Assembly (NCBI GenBank): GCA_036264375.1
Contig: DATARB010000066.1
Span: 41,536 to 105,535 of the forward strand
DNA: 64,000 bases
Reading direction: 5' to 3'
Source: Pseudolabrys sp.
Lineage (GTDB): Bacteria; Pseudomonadota; Alphaproteobacteria; Rhizobiales; Xanthobacteraceae
The stretch's first letter is position 1. The number at the start of each line of letters is the position of its first letter. The notes under the pieces are model-generated. The model was not told the origin of the DNA. It saw only the letters and a program-made list of their open reading frames with translations, and did not search any database. This document shows positions 18,397-29,136 of this stretch, one piece after another. Both the position numbers and the translations under genes were made by a program.

Positions 18397-20211
18397 TCAG
18401 ACGAAGTGGAAGTCGCCCGAGTTGAGATTCGCCTTGCTTGTATTGTCGATCTGGATCGTGTCGTGGGCATCGGCCGTGATGACGACGTTGCCGCCGGCCT
18501 GCGCCATGTGCGCCTGCACGGCTTGGAAGTTCGGAAACACCGTGTGATCGAGCTGGATGACGTCATGCGCGGTGCCGGCCGGCTGAAAGTCGGCAATGAC
18601 GTCCTTGCCGAAGCCCGGTGCGAACTCGAAGGTGTCACTCCCGGCGCCGCCGATCAGATAATCATTGCCCGGGCCGCCGTTGATTTTGTCATTGTCGGTG
18701 GTTGAGCCGAAGAACAGATCCTGATGGCCGCTCATGTCATAGTGGATGGACCCATTGCTATCGAGGTGCCATGTGTTCGGCGAGCCATCCGCCGCATCAA
18801 GCGTCTTGCCGTTCACGGTGACGCCCTCGATGAAGAGGTTGCGGTCACCGTGCGCATTGGCGAGGTCGTTGATGAATGAAAGATCCAGGCTCGACACCTT
18901 GTCCGGATTCTGAAACTTGAATGTGAAAGTCTGGTAGCCGGTCGAATCGGCTGCGTTGTGGAATTCAACCGTGCTGCCGACCTGTTTCCCGTTGATCAGC
19001 AGGTTCATCTTCGGGCCCTCGCCGTCAACGACCGGGCCAAAGCCCGTCACCGTGACGGTCGTATCCGCCAGCTTGGCGATGGCGTCGGGACCTCCGCGGA
19101 TCACATCGTTTCCAGCGCCGCCCAGGATCGTATCGTTTCCAAGACCGCCTGAGATCGAGTCATTTCCGCTACCGCTATCGATCACATCGGCCGCCGGTGA
19201 CCCGGTCATCGTCAAAGGCGCCGCGTGCTCGTGGCCGGTGAACCAGTCGGTGATGAGCGACTCCGCCGGCTTGCCCATCGGCGAATAGCCGGTCGGCGAA
19301 ACGGCGTTGTCTGCGTCCCATTGCCAGATCTCGGCGCCCTTGAACCAGCTTCCGCCTTCCGCGCTCCACACCTGAAAGAACGCTTTGAAAGCGTCCGCCT
19401 GCTCGTGCGCATCCGGCGTGTTGCCGCTTGGATTGCCCGGATTGATGTTGGTGCCGTCGACGCTGCGGTAACCGGTCTCGGTGAACAGCACCTGCTTGCC
19501 GTACTCGGTCGCCAGCGAATGGAAGAAGTCGACCGGCGACTTATGATCAAACGCGTTCGCCCAATACGGGTCTTCCGGAACGCTGTTCCACGCGTGGACC
19601 ATCTGATCGACAGTCGGGTTCGACTTCGCGGTCAACGGCGGATAGGCGTTGACGCCGATCTCATTGACCTGGTCCCAGAAGCTCACGTGGCCGGCTTCAT
19701 CCGTTGCCGCCGAATAGGTGATGGGACCATGGTAAACTTGGCGCACCGCATGAATGAGGTCGACCCAGTACGAGCGGTATTGCGGGCCGGTCAGTTCGCT
19801 CAGTTCGTTTCCGATCGAGAACGAATCCGCATGCGCCTGCTGCGCGACGCGGGCGAAGTCGACCATCTGGGCTTTGTAGGACGAAAAGAACGCAGCCGCA
19901 TTGGACGGCGCGAGATCCGACGCGACGGTTCCGTCGAGACCCGACAGCATCGGTTTAAGCAGGACCGATAGTCCGTGCGCGTGGGCATCGGCAATTGCCG
20001 TGGCGATATTTGCGTCGCTCTCAGTCTTCTCCTTGACGTCGAGAACATTGTTCGACGTCCGCGTGGACATAAAGATGCGCGGCGCAAGCTCTATGGAGTT
20101 GGCGCCGGTGCCCGCGATGTCCTGCATGGCCGACTTCGCGGCAGTGGTGACGAGCGCGCCATTATAGTCCGACAGGACGCCGAACCCCTGGACGTCGAAA
20201 ACGCCTGCCAT
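18397..20211 (-). CDS. RTX-type secreted glycoside hydrolase (GH113-like TIM barrel + Ca-dependent carbohydrate-binding module + GGxGND repeats)
   Basis: IGNEL, ITYSA, VNAYPPL, FTETGY (clan GH-A glutamates); F.ND...DRNLFI..V.VNG module; nonapeptide repeats; C-terminal DFHFV. Confidence 0.72.
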   Translation of the reverse strand: MAGVFDVQGFGVLSDYNGALVTTAAKSAMQDIAGTGANSIELAPRIFMSTRTSNNVLDVKEKTESDANIATAIADAHAHGLSVLLKPMLSGLDGTVASDLAPSNAAAFFSSYKAQMVDFARVAQQAHADSFSIGNELSELTGPQYRSYWVDLIHAVRQVYHGPITYSAATDEAGHVSFWDQVNEIGVNAYPPLTAKSNPTVDQMVHAWNSVPEDPYWANAFDHKSPVDFFHSLATEYGKQVLFTETGYRSVDGTNINPGNPSGNTPDAHEQADAFKAFFQVWSAEGGSWFKGAEIWQWDADNAVSPTGYSPMGKPAESLITDWFTGHEHAAPLTMTGSPAADVIDSGSGNDSISGGLGNDTILGGAGNDVIRGGPDAIAKLADTTVTVTGFGPVVDGEGPKMNLLINGKQVGSTVEFHNAADSTGYQTFTFKFQNPDKVSSLDLSFINDLANAHGDRNLFIEGVTVNGKTLDAADGSPNTWHLDSNGSIHYDMSGHQDLFFGSTTDNDKINGGPGNDYLIGGAGSDTFEFAPGFGKDVIADFQPAGTAHDVIQLDHTVFPNFQAVQAHMAQAGGNVVITADAHDTIQIDNTSKANLNSGDFHFV

Positions 20212-20359
20212 CGTCGCCCTCCGCGCTGCATGACTGAATCGCACTATGCAGAGGCAAGCGGCAAAAGGATGTCACAACATGAGCGACGGCGCGTTGTTCA
20301 CCGCGCTCCACGCCGTAAATGCATCAGACTTTATGCGAAGACGTTTAGCGTGGAGGTAG

Positions 20360-23308
20360 TCAGCGACCTGCGGCGATGCTCATGTCGAGCACGCGCGCGA
20401 CATGCAGAGCATCACGTTCGGCGCCATCATGGATCTGGTGCCGGCAAGACGTCCCATCCGCGACGATCAGCGCGTCGTCCGGCGCCTTGCGCACCGCAGG
20501 CAAGAGCGACAGCTCGCCCATCTTGAGCGAGACGTCGATGGTCGCCGAGTCGTAGCCGAAGCTGCCGGCCATGCCGCAGCAACTGGATTCAACGGTTTCG
20601 ACCGCGAGCTCCGGCACCAGCTTCAGCACGCTCTCGACCGCGCCCATGGCGGCGAAAGCCTTCTGATGGCAATGGCCGTGCAGCAGCGCCTTCTTCGGCA
20701 AAGCTCCAAGCGGAAGATCGAGCGTGCCCGCCTTCTGCTCGCGCGCGAGGAACTCCTCGAGCAGCAGCGAATTCGCCGCGAGCGCGTCGGCCGCATCGCC
20801 CTTGAGCAGCGCCGGCAACTCGTCGCGGAACGAGAACAGGCAGCTCGGCTCGAGGCCGATTACCGGAATACCGCGCTTCACGTAAGGCGCCAGCGCGTCG
20901 AGCGTGCGCTGCATCTCGCGCTTCGCCTCGTCGACCAGGCCGACGGATAGGAACGTGCGCCCGCAGCAGAGCGGACGATCGTTGTCGTCCTGCGGCAGCG
21001 CCGCGTGCACGCGATAGCCGCCGGCGACGAGCACGCTCATGGCGGCGTCGAGGTTCTCGCCTTCGAAATACCGATTGAAGGTGTCGGCAAAGAGCACGAC
21101 CTCACGCGTGGGCGTCTTGTCGGCGAGGCTCTTGTAACGCCAGTCGGAGCGGTCGCGATAAATGTCCTCGCGCCACTTGGGCAGGCTGCGCTTATCCGAG
21201 AAACCCGCGAAGCGATCGGAGACGCGGCGCAGCGTCGGGCTGTCGTTGCGCAGATTGAACAGATACGGATGCCGCGCGGCGAAGGGTGCGTAGCGCGGCA
21301 GGTAGCCGATCAGCCGGTCATGCAGCGACAGACCGTGCTTCGCCGCACGCGCGGCCTGCACCTCGATCTTCATGCGCGCCATGTCCACGCCGGTCGGGCA
21401 CTCGCGCCGGCACGCCTTGCAGGAGACGCACAGCTTCAGCGTCCCCGCCATCTCGTCGGACGCGAGCGCGTCCGGGCCGAGCTGTCCGCTGACCGCGAGC
21501 CGCAGCGTGTTGGCGCGGCCGCGCGTGACGTCACGTTCGTCGCGGGTGACGCGATAGCTCGGGCACATGGCGCCGCCGGCCAATTTGCGGAAGGCGCCGT
21601 TGTTGTTGCACATCTCGACCGCGCCCTGGAAACCGCCGCCGGCACCCGGATAAGCGGACCAGTCGAGATGCGTCTTGAAGTCTTCGCCGTGATAGCCCGG
21701 CTTGTAGCGAAACAGACTGCGATCATCGAACTTCGGCGGCCGCACCACCTTGCCCGGATTGTAGAGGCCGTTCGGATCGAAGCGGTCCTTCACCTCCTCG
21801 AACGCCCGCGCGAGGCGCGAGCCGAACATCGGCTCGTTGAATTCCGAACGCACGAGGCCGTCGCCGTGCTAGCCGGAATGCGAGCCTTTGTATTCGCGCA
21901 CCATGGCGAAGGCCTCTTCGGCGATCGCGCGCATGGCATGGACGTCTTTCTCCTGACGCAGGTTCAGGATCGGCCGCACGTGCAGGCAGCCGGACCCGGC
22001 ATGCGCGTACCAGGTGCCGCGCGTACCGTTGCGCTCGAAGATCTCGGTGAGCCGCGTCGTGTAGTCGGCGAGATGCTCGAGCGGCACCGCGCAATCCTCG
22101 ACGAAGGACACCGGCTTCCCGGACTCCTTCATCGACATCATGATGTTGAGGCCCGAGGTGCGCACCTCGGTGATCGCCGCCTGCAGTTCGGGATTGAGCA
22201 CCTCGACCACGCCGCCCCATTTGGCGCCGTGTTTGTCCCAGCCAAAGCCGAGATCGCCCATCGTCTCCTTGAGCTGTCGCAGCAGCCGCAGATTCTGTTC
22301 GTGATCGTCCTCGCCGAACTCGACCAGCAAAACGGCTTCCGGCGTCTCGCGCACGAACCGCTCCAGCGTCGGCTGGAAGATCGGTATCTTGCGCGCGAGC
22401 TCGATCATGGTGCGGTCGATCAACTCGACCGCGATCGGCTTCAAGCGCACCAGGTGCTGCGCCGCGTTCATCGCCTCGTAGAAGCTTCCGAAGTGACAGG
22501 CGCCGACCGCACGGCGGCCGAGCAGCGGCGACAGCTTGAGTTCGATACGCGTGGAGAAGCCGAGCGTGCCCTCGGAGCCGACCAGCACATGCGCCAGGTT
22601 GACGTCGTTCTTGCCCGGCACCAGCGCATCGAGATTGTAGCCGCCGACGCGGCGCTGGACCTTGGGGAAACGCGCTTCGATCTCGGCCGCCTCACGCGCG
22701 CCGATCGCCAGCAGGTCCTTGGCGAGGGGGCGCAGCGGCGCCGGCACGTCATCCGGACTGCCGCCGATGCGGCCGAAATGGCCGAGCGTGCCGTCGGCCA
22801 TGATCGCCTCGATGGAGATCACGTTGTCGCGCGTGGTGCCGTAGCGCATCGAGCGGCCGCCGCAGGAATTGTTGCCGGCCATGCCGCCGATGGTGGCGCG
22901 GGAGGACGTGGAGATATCGACCGGGAACCAGAGCCCATGGGCTTTTAGCTGCCGGTTGAGGTCGTCGAGCACGATGCCGGGCTCCACGGTGCAGCGCGCC
23001 CGGCGAATGTCGAGATCGAGGATGCGATTGAGATATTTCGAGCAGTCGACGACCAGCGATTCGCCGACAGTCTGGCCGCACTGGGAGGTGCCGCCGCCGC
23101 GCGCCAGAACGGTGATCTTCTCTGCGCGGGCAATGGCTATGGCCCGATCGGCCTCTTCAATCGTGCGGGGCGCGACCACGCCCAGCGGCGTGATCTGATA
23201 ATGCGACGCGTCGGTCGCATAGCGGCCGCGGGTGAAGGGGTCGAAACTCACATCACCGGTGATTTCCGCCCGAAGGCGTCGCTCCAACCCGGGCCTTACG
23301 ACCGCCAC
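20360..23308 (-). pseudogene. FAD-binding / Fe-S oxidoreductase (GlcD-GlcF/Dld-II-type fusion) interrupted by an in-frame TAG at 21869-21871
   Basis: RGGGTSQCGQ, GSEGTLG, HAGSGCLH, SG*HGDG, C..CK.C...CP, CCG motifs; the two ORFs are in the same frame. Confidence 0.85.
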
Positions 23309-23491
23309 GGCCTGCGTCCTTGTCGTGCGCCACTTGGGCCATACATCATAAGCATGATCACTTTGCCGAAAACCGCTTGACCGCAATGTTGCATTCATAG
23401 TTCAACGCCACAAGCGCCGCTCCCAGGCTGGGACGGGCCGTGGATAAGCCCACGAAAAATCCCTTGAAAGCCGCGTTTAGGAGCGACTGCA

Positions 23492-24700
23492 ATGGCTAAG
23501 AATTCCTCGCGTTCGGTGGGGCGTCATTTCCTGCAAATTCCGGGGCCCACGACGGTGCCCGATCGCGTGGCGCGGGCGATCGACAACCCGCTCATCGACC
23601 ACCGCGGCCCGGAATTCGGCAAGCTGGCGCGCAAGTGCCTGGACGGCATCAAAACCATCTTCAAGACCACCAACCCCGTCATCATCTACACGGCGACCGG
23701 CACCGGCGCCTGGGAAGCGGCTTTGGTTAACACTTTGTCGCCCGGCGACAAGGTGCTGATGGTCGAGACCGGCCAGTTCGCGACGCTGTGGAAGAAGATG
23801 GCCGAGCGCATCGGCCTCAAGCCCGAATTCATCACCAGCGACTGGCGCCAGGGCGTCGATGTGAAGGCGGTCGAGGCGCACCTGCGCGACGACAAGGCCA
23901 AGGACATCAAGGCCGTCTGCGTGCTACACAATGAGACCTCGACCGGCGCGCTGACCCCGATCGCCGAGATCCGCAAGGCCATCGACGCCGCCGGCCATCC
24001 GGCGCTGCTGATGGTGGACACCATCTCCTCGCTCGCCTCGGCCGACTACCGGCATGACGAATGGGGCGTCGACGTCTCCGTCGGCGGTGCGCAGAAGGGC
24101 CTGATGCTGCCGCCCGGCATGTCGTTCAACGCCATCAGCGACAAGGCGCTCGCCGCCAACAAGACCTCGAAGCTGCCGAAGTCGTTCTTCGCGTGGGACG
24201 ACATGCTCAACATGAACAAGCAGGGCTTCTTCCCCTACACACCGGCGACGCAGATGCTGTACGGCCTCTCGGTCGGCATCGACATGCTGCACGAGGAAGG
24301 GCTCGACAACGTGTTCGCCCGCCACGAGCGCCTCGCGGAAGCGACGCGCCGCGCGGTGAAGGCCTGGGGTCTCGAGAACCTCAACAAGAACGCCGCGCAG
24401 TATTCGCCGACGATCACCGCCATTCTGCTGCCCGAAGGTCACGACGCTGACAAGTTCCGGGCGCTGGCGCTGGAGACGTTCAACATCTCCTACGGTGCGA
24501 GCTTCGGCCCCTATTCCGGCAAGTACTTCCGCATCGGCCACCTCGGCGACATCAACGAGGGCACGCTGATCGGCGCGCTGGGCATCACCGAAATGGCGCT
24601 GTCGCTCGCCGGCGTTCCGTTCAAGAAGGGCGGCACGCAGGCGGCGATGGACTATCTCGTGTCGGAGCACGGCAGCAGCGCCAAGCAGGCGGCCGAGTAA
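23492..24700 (+). CDS. Class V PLP aminotransferase (serine-glyoxylate/alanine-glyoxylate family)
   Basis: QIPGPT, HNETSTG, VDTISS, AQK PLP lysine, FRIGHLG. Confidence 0.92.
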   Translation: MAKNSSRSVGRHFLQIPGPTTVPDRVARAIDNPLIDHRGPEFGKLARKCLDGIKTIFKTTNPVIIYTATGTGAWEAALVNTLSPGDKVLMVETGQFATLWKKMAERIGLKPEFITSDWRQGVDVKAVEAHLRDDKAKDIKAVCVLHNETSTGALTPIAEIRKAIDAAGHPALLMVDTISSLASADYRHDEWGVDVSVGGAQKGLMLPPGMSFNAISDKALAANKTSKLPKSFFAWDDMLNMNKQGFFPYTPATQMLYGLSVGIDMLHEEGLDNVFARHERLAEATRRAVKAWGLENLNKNAAQYSPTITAILLPEGHDADKFRALALETFNISYGASFGPYSGKYFRIGHLGDINEGTLIGALGITEMALSLAGVPFKKGGTQAAMDYLVSEHGSSAKQAAE

Positions 24701-24733
24701 GCGCTTTCCGGTTTTACGGGTTTACAGGATTTG

Positions 24734-24771
24734 AAATGGCCGGCCTCGCGCCGGCCATTTTGTTTTTGTTT
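24734..24771 (+). terminator. Intrinsic terminator
   Basis: AAATGGCCGGC-CTCGC-GCCGGCCATTT followed by a T-rich tract. Confidence 0.8.
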
Positions 24772-24784
24772 TCCATCTCTCGGT

Positions 24785-24866
24785 CGTCATTCCGGGGCGA
24801 CGCGAAGCGTCGAACCCGGAATCCAGAAGGCAAGCACGGCGCGTGTGGCTGGAATTCGGGTTCGCG
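24785..24866. repeat. REP-like element (GTCATTCCGGG family), right arm degenerate
   Basis: CGTCATTCCGGGGCGACGCGAAGCGTCGAACCCGGAATCCAG. Confidence 0.78.
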
Positions 24867-25027
24867 CCTGTGGGAGCGCCCTGCCCACGTCCCACCATCG
24901 GCTGCGCTGGCCGGGAACTCGCATCCCTGCTATGGCCTCGGCGAATAGGCGACTTCGCTGGAACCTTGTGACCCCAGCGGGTATAAAGCCGCCAAACGAA
25001 CAGCGCCAATCGCGAGGAGAAACACCC

Positions 25028-26320
25028 ATGGACCAGACCGTCCGAAAAATCAGCGCCGACGATATCAATCCCCGCCACAACTGGGGCCGCGCATTGCCCT
25101 CGCTCGGTACCATGGGCGTCGACTTCGAGGAACGCGTCGATTACCGCCGCCTGCATCGCTACCGCCTCGGCCGCGCCAAACAGGCGCTGGAGAATTCCGA
25201 GCTCGGCGCGCTCCTGGTGTTCGACGTCAACAACATCCGCTATCTGACCTCGACCAAGATCGGCGAGTGGGAGCGCGACAAGCTCGCCCGCTGGGCGCTT
25301 TTGACCCGCACCGGCGAACCGATCCTGTGGGACTTCGGCTCCGCCGCCGTCCACCACAAGCTTTATGCGCCCTGGCTCGAGCCGCAGAACTGCAAGGCCG
25401 GCCTGATCGGCCTGCGCGGCACCGTGCAGCCTTCGTTCGGCCTGATGAAGCGCCACGCCGAAGAGATCGCCTCGCTGCTCAAGGAAGCCGGCGTCGCCGA
25501 TATGCCGGTCGGCGTCGACATCATCGAGCCGCCGATGATGTTCGAATTGAACAAGGCCGGTGTGAAGGTCGAGGACGGCCAGCAGGTGATGCTGGAAGCG
25601 CGCGAGATCAAGTCACAGGACGAGATCGCGCTTTTGAATCGTGCCGCGGCGATGGTCGACGGCGCCTATCACATGGTCAACGAGGAACTAAAACCGGGCG
25701 TGCGCGAGAACGACATCGTCGCCAAGGTGAACGAGTTTCTCTACCGGCACGGCTCCGACGACGTCGAGGCGGTGAACGCCATCTCCGGCGAGCGCTGCAA
25801 TCCGCATCCGCACAACTTCACCGACCGCCTGATCCGCCCCGGCGACCAAGCCTTCTTCGACATCCTGCAAGCCTTCATGGGCTATCGCACCTGCTACTAC
25901 CGCACCTTCAATGTCGGCCGCGCCACGCCGGCGCAGCACGACGCCTACAAGAAGGCGCGGCAGTGGCTCGACGACGCCATGGAGCGCATCAAGCCGGGCG
26001 CCTCGACACGGTACATCGCCGAGGCCTTCCCGACCGCGCAGGAGTTCGGCTTCCCGGACGAGATGTCGGCCTTCGGCCTGCAGTTCGCGCACGGCCTCGG
26101 CCTGGCGCTGCATGAGCGGCCGATCATCTCGCGCGTGATCTCGATGGATCATCCGACCGAGATCAAGGAAGGTATGGTGTTCGCGATCGAGACCTACTGC
26201 CCGGCGACCGACGGCTACTCCGGCGCGCGCATCGAGGAAGAGGTCGTGGTCACCGACAAAGGCTGCCAGGTGATCTCGCTGTTCCCGGCCGAGGAGCTGC
26301 CGATCGCGAACAGGTATTGA
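25028..26320 (+). CDS. M24 (pita-bread fold) family protein with creatinase-type N-domain
   Basis: NNIRY, HGLGL.LHE, AIE, RIEE; start at ATG 25028 behind GAGGAG. Confidence 0.85.
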   Translation: MDQTVRKISADDINPRHNWGRALPSLGTMGVDFEERVDYRRLHRYRLGRAKQALENSELGALLVFDVNNIRYLTSTKIGEWERDKLARWALLTRTGEPILWDFGSAAVHHKLYAPWLEPQNCKAGLIGLRGTVQPSFGLMKRHAEEIASLLKEAGVADMPVGVDIIEPPMMFELNKAGVKVEDGQQVMLEAREIKSQDEIALLNRAAAMVDGAYHMVNEELKPGVRENDIVAKVNEFLYRHGSDDVEAVNAISGERCNPHPHNFTDRLIRPGDQAFFDILQAFMGYRTCYYRTFNVGRATPAQHDAYKKARQWLDDAMERIKPGASTRYIAEAFPTAQEFGFPDEMSAFGLQFAHGLGLALHERPIISRVISMDHPTEIKEGMVFAIETYCPATDGYSGARIEEEVVVTDKGCQVISLFPAEELPIANRY

Positions 26321-26364
26321 TGAGGCTGGTGGCGTTCGCGCGCCGCTTCTATCGGCCTCACGCT

Positions 26365-26491
26365 GTCTCGAACAGCGCAAGTCGGCCTTGGCCGACTTGC
26401 GCAATAACAGTCCGATCTCGGGTAAACCCGAGATCGGGTGGGCCGCCCTTGTCCCTCGAGACGCGCCCTTCGGTCGCTCCTCAGGATGAGG
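26365..26491. repeat. Degenerate CCTCAGGATGAGG-family REP carrying a nested double-hairpin element (26375-26437)
   Basis: GCGCAAGTCGGCCTTGGCCGACTTGCGC and CCGATCTCGGGTAAACCCGAGATCGG, then CTCGAGACGC...CTCCTCAGGATGAGG. Confidence 0.8.
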
Positions 26492-26531
26492 GCGGAGAGA
26501 CGCCGCGTTTCGTCATTTGGTGGGTGCTCTA

Positions 26532-26762
26532 ATGGCGGATCAGGGCCGCAGCCAAAAGCTGGACTTGCTCAATGTGGTCGCCCTCCTCGTGGACCGGCCT
26601 GTCGAAGGCCTCGCGCGGGGACAAGTCGGCACCGTCGTTGAAACCCTCGATGACGAATACGTTCTTGTCGAATTCAGCGATGATAATGGACGCGCATACG
26701 CGGTGGTGCCCTGCTCACGCAGAGGCTTGCTGGTGTTGCACGACGAACCGGAAGCGGCCTGA
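26532..26762 (+). CDS. DUF4926-like small protein
   Basis: L..VVALL.D....L.RGQVGTVVE......VEFSD..G.AYA pattern. Confidence 0.8.
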   Translation: MADQGRSQKLDLLNVVALLVDRPVEGLARGQVGTVVETLDDEYVLVEFSDDNGRAYAVVPCSRRGLLVLHDEPEAA

Positions 26763-26895
26763 TGACGCACCGGCGGGGCTCATCGGCCGGGCCCGCGAGG
26801 GCGATTGACCGCAAGGCAGCCGTGCAGGCGCGGCGTGGCTTGTTTCAGCCGAAAGTATTATGCGTGGGGCGTCACTCGTTGATGAGGTGAGCCGC

Positions 26896-27338
26896 ATGAG
26901 GACACCGAGACTTAACCTGGCCGAGGCCGAGGCGCGCCTGCCGAAAGGCGCGGGTGAGGCGCTGTGGCGCGGCTTTCGCGGCCACTGCCCGGCATGCGGC
27001 GAAGGCGACACGCATGCGTCTTCCTCAAGGTCGCCGATGAGTGCCCCGCTTGCGGCGAAGAACTGCATCACCACCGTGCCGACGACTTTCCGGCCTATCT
27101 GGTGATCGTCATCGTCGGGCACATCCTGGTACCGATTCTGCTCGCCGTGGAGACCGAATTTTCTCCGCCGATGTGGCTGAGCATGACGTTGTGGCCGTTC
27201 CTCGCGCTGGTGTCGTCGCTCGCGCTGTTGCAGCCAATGAAGGGCGCCGTGGTCGCGGTGCAGTGGTACGGCGGCATGCACGGGTTCGAGGACGCGAAGA
27301 AGGCGCGGGTGTCGGCCTCTCTTCTTCCCTCCCCCTGA
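26896..27338 (+). pseudogene. DUF983-like membrane protein, frameshifted near 27007-27020
   Basis: N-part RG..G.CPACGEG and C-part FLKV...CPACGE...HRADD.PAY...KG...QW lie in different frames. Confidence 0.75.
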
Positions 27339-27429
27339 AAGGGGGATGGTCAGGGAGGGGGTCGTACCGATCCCAAAAATTGACCCCCACCCCGGCACGC
27401 TCCGCGTGCCGCCCTCCCCCAGGGAGAGG
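27327..27429. repeat. REP-like element (CCCTCCCC family)
   Basis: CCCTCCCCCTGAAAGGGGG...GGGGGTC...GACCCCC...CCCTCCCCCAGGGAGAGG; overlaps the DUF983 stop. Confidence 0.78.
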
Positions 27430-27441
27430 TAAGAAAGAAAA

Positions 27442-29136
27442 TTAAGCCGCCTTGACCTGGGCGACGAACTGCTGCGCCTCGTACTGAAGCGCCGCCGCCT
27501 GACGGTTGAGGTCGGCAGCCGCCTGCAAGATCTCCTGCGCGCCGGCGCGCGTGCGGCTGGCGAATTCGCTCACCCCGGCAATCGTGTTCGACACCTGGCG
27601 CGTGCGCGCGGCGGCGCCGTCGACACTCTCGGCGATCTTCTGCGTCGCCTGGTTCTGCAGCTTGATCGAGTCGGTGATGGCGCGGGCGACGACGTCGATG
27701 CGCGCGATGACACTCGACATCGACTGCGTGGCGCCGCGCACGTCACCGATGATGCTGCCGACCGAGCCGGTGCGCTCCTGGATCGAGGTGAGCGCCTGCG
27801 TGGTGCGGGCGGCGAGCGTCTTGACCTCCTGCGCCACCACGGCGAAGCCGCGGCCGGCCTCTCCCGCGCGCGCGGCCTCGATGGTGGCGTTGAGCGCGAG
27901 CAGATTGGTCTGGCCGGCGATGGCGTGGATCATGCCGGCCACCTTCTCGATATCGGCGACGGCGGGCGTGAGATCCTCGGAATTGGCGACGGCGATGTCG
28001 GCGCGGCGGGTGGCCTCGGCGACGACGCTGGTGGCGTTAGACAGCTGCGAGTCGATGTCGCGCATGGCCATCGAGAGTTCGTCGATGGCGTGCGACACGG
28101 TGGCGGCCACTTCCGTGGTTTCTTCGGCCACTTTGGCCGCAGTGCCGGCATGGCGGCCGGATTCATCGGCCACCTCGCTCATGGCGCGGGCGGAATGGTC
28201 GAGCGCCTCGGCCGAATGGGCTAGCGCCGCGGTGACGCTGAGGATCTTGCTCTCGAAGCTGCGGGCGAAGGCATCGACCGCGGCGGCCTTGTCGGCCGCG
28301 GCCTGCTCGCGCGCGCGCTGGCGCAGCACCTGCGCTTCGTGCAACGCCACCCCGTTGTCGCGGAACACCAGCACTGCGCGCGCCATGGTGCCAACCTCGT
28401 CGCTGCGCTTGAGGCCTTCGATCGGCGCCTCGAACTCGCCCTGCGCGATCTGGCGCATGACGTCGGCGAGGCGCTGGAGCGGCCGCGCCACCGCCCGATG
28501 GGCAAGAAACATCGCCAGGACCACAGTCAGCAGCGTGCCGCCGATCAGCACCGCAAGCAGGACCTGATAGGTCCAGGCCTTATTGGCCGCCGCCGCGGCC
28601 ATGGTGTCGGAGGTCTCGCCGCCGAGGATGTTGATCAGCCGGTTCATGTGGAAGGCGGCATCGTCCATCGCCGGATCGAATTTCAACTCCAGTGTGGACT
28701 GGGCAAGCGGGCGATCATTGGCGACAACCATTTTGCGCGTGTCGAGGGCGATGGAATTGACGACATCGAGCTTTTCGAGGATACGGCCCACGTCCTCGCG
28801 CGAGTCCGGCAGATAGCTGCTGACGCCGTTGAGCCAGGTCTTGGCGGCGGCGTATTGCCCTTTGAGGTCGTCCGCGGCCTGGTTGATCGTGTCCGGACTC
28901 ACGGAGGCGGCCATCTTGTAGGTGGCGAGCCCCATCGAGGCGACCGCGATCTTCGCTTCCGACAGCGCCAGGCGCGCGGGCGCCATGTGGTCGACCAGCG
29001 TCTCGTTCATCGCATCGAGACGGTCGAGCCGCTGGAGGCAGAACCAGTTGGCCAGCGCCGACATCAAGCCGAGGCCGGCGATGAGCACGACGGCCTTGGC
29101 GGCCATCTTGAGCCGGAAACGGGGAAGTGCGGGCAT
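27442..29136 (-). CDS. Methyl-accepting chemotaxis protein
   Basis: Two TM segments, HAMP (R.DEVG.MARA), signalling hairpin [30 protein letters not shown]. Confidence 0.95.
   Translation of the reverse strand: MPALPRFRLKMAAKAVVLIAGLGLMSALANWFCLQRLDRLDAMNETLVDHMAPARLALSEAKIAVASMGLATYKMAASVSPDTINQAADDLKGQYAAAKTWLNGVSSYLPDSREDVGRILEKLDVVNSIALDTRKMVVANDRPLAQSTLELKFDPAMDDAAFHMNRLINILGGETSDTMAAAAANKAWTYQVLLAVLIGGTLLTVVLAMFLAHRAVARPLQRLADVMRQIAQGEFEAPIEGLKRSDEVGTMARAVLVFRDNGVALHEAQVLRQRAREQAAADKAAAVDAFARSFESKILSVTAALAHSAEALDHSARAMSEVADESGRHAGTAAKVAEETTEVAATVSHAIDELSMAMRDIDSQLSNATSVVAEATRRADIAVANSEDLTPAVADIEKVAGMIHAIAGQTNLLALNATIEAARAGEAGRGFAVVAQEVKTLAARTTQALTSIQERTGSVGSIIGDVRGATQSMSSVIARIDVVARAITDSIKLQNQATQKIAESVDGAAARTRQVSNTIAGVSEFASRTRAGAQEILQAAADLNRQAAALQYEAQQFVAQVKAA

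Noticed and set aside
21869-21871. Pyrrolysine or programmed recoding of the TAG
   Set aside because: The position needs Glu (one base from GAG), no pyl genes are visible, and TAG is a normal stop elsewhere in the window
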